Shown: positions 58,866 through 64,000 of the stretch, piece by piece
How the letters are laid out: every line of letters starts with the position of its first letter
Position numbering within the stretch: the stretch's first letter is position 1
From: Alphaproteobacteria bacterium
GTDB taxonomy: Bacteria > Pseudomonadota > Alphaproteobacteria > UBA828
DNA length: 64,000 nt
Direction of reading: 5' to 3'
NCBI GenBank assembly: GCA_965220745.1
Contig: CBDCQT010000012.1
Coordinates: 608,001 to 672,000, forward strand
Position numbers and translations under genes: made by a program
Notes under the pieces: model-generated
Told to the model about the DNA's origin: nothing
What the model saw: only the letters and a program-made list of their open reading frames with translations
Database searches by the model: none

Positions 58866-59591
58866 ATGACGGCGCTGATCGCGCTGGAGGGGGTCTCCAA
58901 GAGCTTCGGCTCGGTCAGGGCGACCGACCAGTTCAGCATGGAGCTTGAGGACGGCGAGGCGCTCGGCGTCATCGGCCCCAACGGCGCCGGCAAGAGCACG
59001 ATGTTCAACATCATCACCGGCGCGGTGCGGCCGAACGCGGGGCGTGTGCTCTTCGCGGGCCGCGACATCACACGCACACCGGCGCACGAGCGCTGCCGCA
59101 TGGGGATCGGACGCTCCTACCAGATCCCCCATCCCTTCGCGAACATGACCGTGTTCGAGAACCTGCTGGTGGGCGCGGCCTTCGGCGGCAGTCGTTCGGA
59201 AGCCGCCTGCTATGAGGACTGCCACGAAATCCTGGGGCGCACCGGCCTGCTGGAGAAGGCGAACGCGCTGGCCGGCGCGCTCACCCTGCTGGAACGCAAG
59301 CGGCTGGAGATGGCGCGCGCGCTCGCGACCCGGCCTCGCGTGTTGCTTCTGGACGAGATCGCCGGCGGGCTGACCGAGCACGAGTGTGTCGCGCTGGTCG
59401 AGACCATCAAGACGATCCACCGCACCGGCGTTTCCATCGTCTGGATCGAGCATGTGGTCCACGCGCTGCTCTCGGTGGTGAGCCGCCTGATCGTCATCAA
59501 CTTCGGCCGGAAGCTCGCCGAGGGTGATCCGCAAGAAGTAATGGCGAGCGCCGAAGTGCAGGAGGTCTACATGGGGATCAGCGCCGAATGA
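58866..59591 (+). CDS. ABC transporter ATP-binding protein (LivG-like)
   Basis: [22 protein letters not shown]. Confidence 0.9.
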   Translation: MTALIALEGVSKSFGSVRATDQFSMELEDGEALGVIGPNGAGKSTMFNIITGAVRPNAGRVLFAGRDITRTPAHERCRMGIGRSYQIPHPFANMTVFENLLVGAAFGGSRSEAACYEDCHEILGRTGLLEKANALAGALTLLERKRLEMARALATRPRVLLLDEIAGGLTEHECVALVETIKTIHRTGVSIVWIEHVVHALLSVVSRLIVINFGRKLAEGDPQEVMASAEVQEVYMGISAE

Positions 59592-60301
59592 GCGGGACGC
59601 CCGAGACGGTGCTGGCGACCCACGACCTCACCGCGTTCTACGGCGACTTCCAGGCGCTGTTCGGGATCGACATACATGTCGCGCGCGGCGAGACCGTTGC
59701 CATCATCGGCGCCAACGGCGCGGGTAAGTCGACGTTCCTGAGAAGCGTGGTCGGGCAGCTGGCGAGCGCGCGGGAGCAGGTGACGTTCGAGGGCGAGCCC
59801 ATCGGGCATCTGCCGGCCCACGAGATCGTGCGCCGCGGCGTCGCATTGGTGCCCGAGGGGCGGCTGCTCTTCCCCTCGCTCTCGGTCGAGGAGAACCTGC
59901 GTCTCGGCGCCTACGGCAAGCGCGCAGGGCCGTGGAAGATCGAGCGCGTGCATGAGCTGTTCCCGGTGCTGCGGGAACGCTGCGCGACGCCCGGCACCGC
60001 GCTCAGCGGCGGCGAGCAGCAGATGTGCGCCATCGGCCGCGCGCTGATGAGCAACCCGACGCTGTTGCTCTGCGACGAGCTCAGCCTGGGGCTCGCGCCG
60101 GTCATCATCCGGCAGATCTACGCCGTGCTGCCGATGATCGTGGCCGAGGGGACGACGGTCGTCGTGGTCGAGCAGGACATCAATCAGGCGCTCGCTGTTG
60201 CCGACCGCGTCTACTGCTTTCAGGAAGGACGCGTTTCGCTTCAGGGCAGGCCGGACGACCTCTCCCGCGAAGACGTCGCCACGGCCTACTTCGGGGTCTA
60301 G
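59588..60301 (+). CDS. ABC transporter ATP-binding protein (LivF-like)
   Basis: GANGAGKST, VPEGR, LSGGEQQM, DELSLGLAP, VEQ. Confidence 0.9.
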   Translation: MSGTPETVLATHDLTAFYGDFQALFGIDIHVARGETVAIIGANGAGKSTFLRSVVGQLASAREQVTFEGEPIGHLPAHEIVRRGVALVPEGRLLFPSLSVEENLRLGAYGKRAGPWKIERVHELFPVLRERCATPGTALSGGEQQMCAIGRALMSNPTLLLCDELSLGLAPVIIRQIYAVLPMIVAEGTTVVVVEQDINQALAVADRVYCFQEGRVSLQGRPDDLSREDVATAYFGV

Positions 60302-60347
60302 CTTCGTGTCCTGGAATCAAGAATGAGTAATGCCAACAACCCCTTGA

Positions 60348-60437
60348 CGTCATGGCCGGGCTTGTCCCGGCCATCCAGGAACGAGCGCCGCTCTCGCTTG
60401 GATCGACGAGATGCCCGGATCAAGTCCGGGCATGACG
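60348..60437. repeat. Alphaproteobacterial REP-like palindromic doublet inside the transporter operon
   Basis: CGTCATGGCCGGGCTTGTCCCGGCCATCC ... GATGCCCGGATCAAGTCCGGGCATGACG, two hairpins in inverted orientation. Confidence 0.8.
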
Positions 60438-60499
60438 GTAGAGGGCGAGCGCCATCTGTGCGTATTTCCGGGACAGGCACCAGGAGCGCCTGACCCGCG

Positions 60500-61369
60500 A
60501 TGGAGTGGCTCGACGCCATCATCCAGGGCGTGCTGCTGGGCGGGCTCTATGCGCTGTTCGCGACCGGGCTCTCGCTGATATTCGGCGTGATGCGGCTGGT
60601 CAACATCGCGCATGGCGATTTGATCGTGCTCTCCGCCTTTCTCGGCCTCGCCATGGTCAACGGTACCGGCGTGCACCCGCTCATCAGCCTGATCGTCATC
60701 GTGCCGGTGATGGCGGCCATCGGCTACGCGCTCCAGCGCGGCATCCTCAACTTCACGCTGGGCCGCGACATCCTGCCGCCGCTGCTGGTGACCTTCGGCC
60801 TTTCCATCATCATCCAGAACGTGCTGCTGGAGGTGTTCTCCGCCGACACGCAACGGCTCAAGGCCGGCGCGCTGGAGACCGCGAGCATCGCCATCGGCGA
60901 GCAGATTGCCATCGGCTGGTTCCCCCTCATCGTCTTCCTCTCTGCGGTCGGCGTGATCGCGGCCTTGCAGCTCGTGCTCTTCCGCACCCGGCTGGGCACC
61001 GCCTTCCGTGCGACCTCCGACGACCACGAGACCGCGGCGCTGATGGGCATCGACAACCGCCACGTCTTCGCGCTCGCCATGGCGCTGGCGCTAGGGGTGG
61101 TCGCGCTCGCGGGAACGTTCATGGCGATCCGCACCAACTTCTCGCCCTCCATCGGGCCTGCGCGGCTGCTCTACGCCTTCGAGGCGGTGATCATCGGCGG
61201 GCTCGGGAGCCTCTGGGGCACGCTGGCGGGTGGCGTGATCCTGGGCGTCGCCCAGGCCATCGGCGCGAAGTTCCACCCCGGCGGGCAGATCCTGGCGGGC
61301 CACGTGGCCTTCCTGATCGTGCTGGTGCTGCGCCCCAACGGGCTCTTCCCGCGCACGAGGGACCGGTGA
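60500..61369 (+). CDS. Branched-chain amino acid ABC permease (LivH-like)
   Basis: GLSLIFGVMRLVNIAHG, G.AFRA, AVIIGGLGS, RPNGL. Confidence 0.9.
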   Translation: MEWLDAIIQGVLLGGLYALFATGLSLIFGVMRLVNIAHGDLIVLSAFLGLAMVNGTGVHPLISLIVIVPVMAAIGYALQRGILNFTLGRDILPPLLVTFGLSIIIQNVLLEVFSADTQRLKAGALETASIAIGEQIAIGWFPLIVFLSAVGVIAALQLVLFRTRLGTAFRATSDDHETAALMGIDNRHVFALAMALALGVVALAGTFMAIRTNFSPSIGPARLLYAFEAVIIGGLGSLWGTLAGGVILGVAQAIGAKFHPGGQILAGHVAFLIVLVLRPNGLFPRTRDR

Positions 61370-62436
61370 GCGAGGGCGCCGCCACCTATCGCGTCGCGCG
61401 CGGCACGCGCGCGAGCCGCTACGGCGCGCTGGTCGCGATCGCAGGCCTCGCGGTCCTGATCTCGCTCCCCTTCTGGGGCGGGCGCGCGGACATGCGGACC
61501 ATCGTCGAGATCGCCTACTACCTGGCGCTGGCGCAGCTCTGGAACCTGCTCGCGGGCTACGCGGGACTGGTCTCGGTCGGCCAGCAGGCGTTCCTGGGGC
61601 TCGGCGGCTACGCGCTCTTCGTCTTCGCGATGAACGCGGGCGTCCACCCCATCGCCGCGATCCCGCTCGCCGGCATCGCGGCCGCGCTCTTCGCCGTGCC
61701 GACGGCGTTCATCGTGTTCCGCCTGCGGGGCGCCTACTTCGCCATCGGCACCTGGGTGGTGGCGGAGGTCTACATGCTCTCCTTCGCCCAGGTGTCTGCG
61801 CTCGGCGGCGGCTCCGGCATGAGCCTGCCGGCGGCGGTGGTGAAGGGCATCGCCGCAGGGCGCATGTGGCGGGAAACGGCGATCTACTGGACCGGGATTG
61901 CCATCGCGGTCGGCGCCATCGCGCTGGTCTACCTGCTGCTGCGCTCGCGCCACGGCCTCGCGCTGACCGCGATCCGGGATTCGGAGGAGGCGTCCGGCAG
62001 CCTCGGCGTCGACAATTTCCGCACCAAGATCTGGGTCTATATCGTGGCCGCCTTCGGCACCGGCATGGTCGGCGCGCTGGTCTTCCTGACCAAGCTCCGC
62101 ATCTCGCCCGAGGCCGGCTTCAACGTGATCGACTGGACCGCCAACGTCATCTTCATCGTGGTGATCGGCGGCATCGGCACAATCGAAGGGCCGATCGTCG
62201 GGGTCATCGTCTTCTTCGTGCTGCGCGAGCTGCTCGCGGACTTCGGCAGCTGGTACCTGATCGTGCTCGGCGCGGCCGCGGTGCTGATGATGCTGCGCGC
62301 GCCGCAGGGCATCTGGGGCCTGATCGCCGAGCGCTTCGATATCCGGTTCTTCCCGGTGCAGCGGCGCCTCGTGTTCGATCCCGCGTCCTTCAGCTTCGTC
62401 GCGGACTCCCGAGACGAGAACGATCGCAGGTCGTGA
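61366..62436 (+). CDS. Branched-chain amino acid ABC permease (LivM-like)
   Basis: WNLLAGYAGLVSVGQ, RLRGAYFAI, AIRDSE, VIGGIGTIEGP; GTGA overlap. Confidence 0.9.
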   Translation: MSEGAATYRVARGTRASRYGALVAIAGLAVLISLPFWGGRADMRTIVEIAYYLALAQLWNLLAGYAGLVSVGQQAFLGLGGYALFVFAMNAGVHPIAAIPLAGIAAALFAVPTAFIVFRLRGAYFAIGTWVVAEVYMLSFAQVSALGGGSGMSLPAAVVKGIAAGRMWRETAIYWTGIAIAVGAIALVYLLLRSRHGLALTAIRDSEEASGSLGVDNFRTKIWVYIVAAFGTGMVGALVFLTKLRISPEAGFNVIDWTANVIFIVVIGGIGTIEGPIVGVIVFFVLRELLADFGSWYLIVLGAAAVLMMLRAPQGIWGLIAERFDIRFFPVQRRLVFDPASFSFVADSRDENDRRS

Positions 62437-62469
62437 TCTTCGAGAGGGTGTGAGACCTTCGGCCTTCGC

Positions 62470-63285
62470 CTACTTCACGGCGCCCAGCGCCAGCCCGCGG
62501 ATCATGTGGCGCTGCAGCAGGAACACGACGATTACCATCGGCACCAGCTGCATCACCACGGCGGCCGAGATCGTGCCCCACAGCACAGTGTAAACGTCAA
62601 TCATCTTGGCGATCTGAATCGGCAGCGTCACCGCCGCCGATTGGGTGATATAGAGCGCGAACAGGTACTCGTTCCAGTTGAAGACGAAGGTGAAGATGGC
62701 GGTCACCGCGATCCCCGGCCCCGACAGCGGCAAGACGATGCGCCAGATGATGCCGAACCGGCGCAGTCCGTCGAGCCGCGCCGCTTCCTCGATGTCGCGC
62801 GGAAGGTCGAGCAGGAACCCGCGCATCAGCCATACCGCGAACGGCAGGCCGTAGCCGACGTAGATGATGATCATGCCGATGTGGGTGTCGATCATCCCGA
62901 GGCGCTGGGCCATGAGGAAATACGGCATCGCGATCACCACCCCGGGCATGAAGCGAAGCGACAGGATGACCAGCGATATCGTGTCCGCGCCCTTGAGCTT
63001 CATCCGCGCCAGCGCGTAACCCGACACCAGGGCCAGCACCATGGTGATGAAGGTCGCGCTCAAGACGATAACGCATGAGTTGAGGAGCGCCTTGTCGAAC
63101 TCGAAGCGGCCGAACGCCTCGGCGTAGTGCTCCAGGGTCGGCGTGAAATCCCACACCGGGACCTTGGAGTTGATGTCCTTCGTCGGCTTGATCGAGGTCA
63201 GCACGATCCAGTAGATCGGCGCCAGATAGATGGCGACGATGAAGACGGCGGCGACGTCGAAGGCGCGTCTCATCGGGCTGCGCAT
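62470..63285 (-). CDS. Carbohydrate ABC transporter permease (MalG-like)
   Basis: EAA motif IEEAARLDG, PFAVWLMRGF, WNEYLFA. Confidence 0.9.
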   Translation of the reverse strand: MRSPMRRAFDVAAVFIVAIYLAPIYWIVLTSIKPTKDINSKVPVWDFTPTLEHYAEAFGRFEFDKALLNSCVIVLSATFITMVLALVSGYALARMKLKGADTISLVILSLRFMPGVVIAMPYFLMAQRLGMIDTHIGMIIIYVGYGLPFAVWLMRGFLLDLPRDIEEAARLDGLRRFGIIWRIVLPLSGPGIAVTAIFTFVFNWNEYLFALYITQSAAVTLPIQIAKMIDVYTVLWGTISAAVVMQLVPMVIVVFLLQRHMIRGLALGAVK

Positions 63286-64000
63286 CAGGCGGTGACCTTA
63301 CGGCGGGTTTCGCGCTCCTGGCGATAGAGCACGCGCAAGAACGCGATGACGACGACGTTGATGACGATGACGATCAAGAAGCCGTACGCCGCCATGATGC
63401 CCAGACGACCGGCTTGGAAGTAAGTAAAGTCGTTCACGCTCGCGACCAGCGTGGAGGTGCCCGGCCCGCCGCGGGTGATGATGTAGATCAGATCGAAGAT
63501 GCGGATCGAATCGACCAATCGCAGCAGCAACACCACCGTGACCACCGGCCAGATCAGCGGAATGACGATACGCCGCAGGTAGGTCCAGCCTCGCACCCGA
63601 TCGAGGCGCGCGGCCTCGATCACCTCGGGCGATATCCCCTGCATGCCGGCCAGCAGGATCAGCGTCACGAACGGGGTCCACTGCCAGATGTCGGCGATCA
63701 TCACCGCACCCAGCGCGGTGCCGGTCTCGGTATGCCACGACCCTTCCGGCAGCCCCGCGCTTTCCAGCAGGTAGTTGATGATGCCGGTCACCGGCTCGAA
63801 CATGAAGCGCCAGGTCAACCCCATGGCGATGGGTGAGATGAACACCGGGATGACGATCAGCGTGCGCAACAACCCGATGCCGCGCGTCCGCGTGTCCAGC
63901 AGAAGCGCGAAAAAGAACCCGAGCGCCATCTGGACCGAGACCACGACGACACACCAGACAAGGGTCAGCCGGATGCTCTTCCAGAAGATGTCGTTGCCGA
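63285..64000 (-). CDS. Carbohydrate ABC transporter permease (MalF-like), 5' end outside the window
   Basis: ADIWQWTPF, EAARLD, FDLIYIITRGGPG; frame continues to the window edge. Confidence 0.88.
   Translation of the reverse strand, partial: GNDIFWKSIRLTLVWCVVVVSVQMALGFFFALLLDTRTRGIGLLRTLIVIPVFISPIAMGLTWRFMFEPVTGIINYLLESAGLPEGSWHTETGTALGAVMIADIWQWTPFVTLILLAGMQGISPEVIEAARLDRVRGWTYLRRIVIPLIWPVVTVVLLLRLVDSIRIFDLIYIITRGGPGTSTLVASVNDFTYFQAGRLGIMAAYGFLIVIVINVVVIAFLRVLYRQERETRRKVTA

Noticed and set aside
1-64000. CRISPR arrays, tRNA/rRNA, prophage or integrase genes
   Set aside because: No spaced direct-repeat array, cloverleaf or phage motifs recognised by eye; a covariance search would be needed to exclude small RNAs

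Overview
High-GC bacterial chromosomal window, most consistent with an Alphaproteobacterium of Rhodospirillales type (class I lysyl-tRNA ligase, ELM1 protein, alphaproteobacterial palindromic repeats, ybbAP/tesA layout). A marine host-associated lifestyle is possible but is inference only. It holds about 55 genes: housekeeping (korAB, bolA, degQ, DinG helicase, lysK, thpR, PPK2), many orphan catabolic modules, envelope glycosyltransferases and two ABC importers. The most notable locus is a toluene-monooxygenase-type soluble di-iron monooxygenase cluster (alpha, gamma, Rieske ferredoxin, effector; 14062-16560). It has a remodelled substrate pocket and no beta subunit or reductase in the window. 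Other points of interest: an orphan MlaF-like ATPase with degenerate catalytic motifs; a kinase plus PLP-enzyme pair of the hydroxylysine-catabolism type; a HicA/HicB-like pair with an operator palindrome over the start codon; a tcuA-like/beta-hydroxyacid dehydrogenase/RraA operon; an aminotransferase/Fe-S/GMC operon lacking Tat export; a CTAG-flanked MITE; an IS3 remnant next to a frameshifted TadG/vWA gene; and an AT-richer glycosyltransferase insert. No rRNA, tRNA or CRISPR array was recognised. All family calls come from motif recognition and remembered reference sequences; no database search was run.
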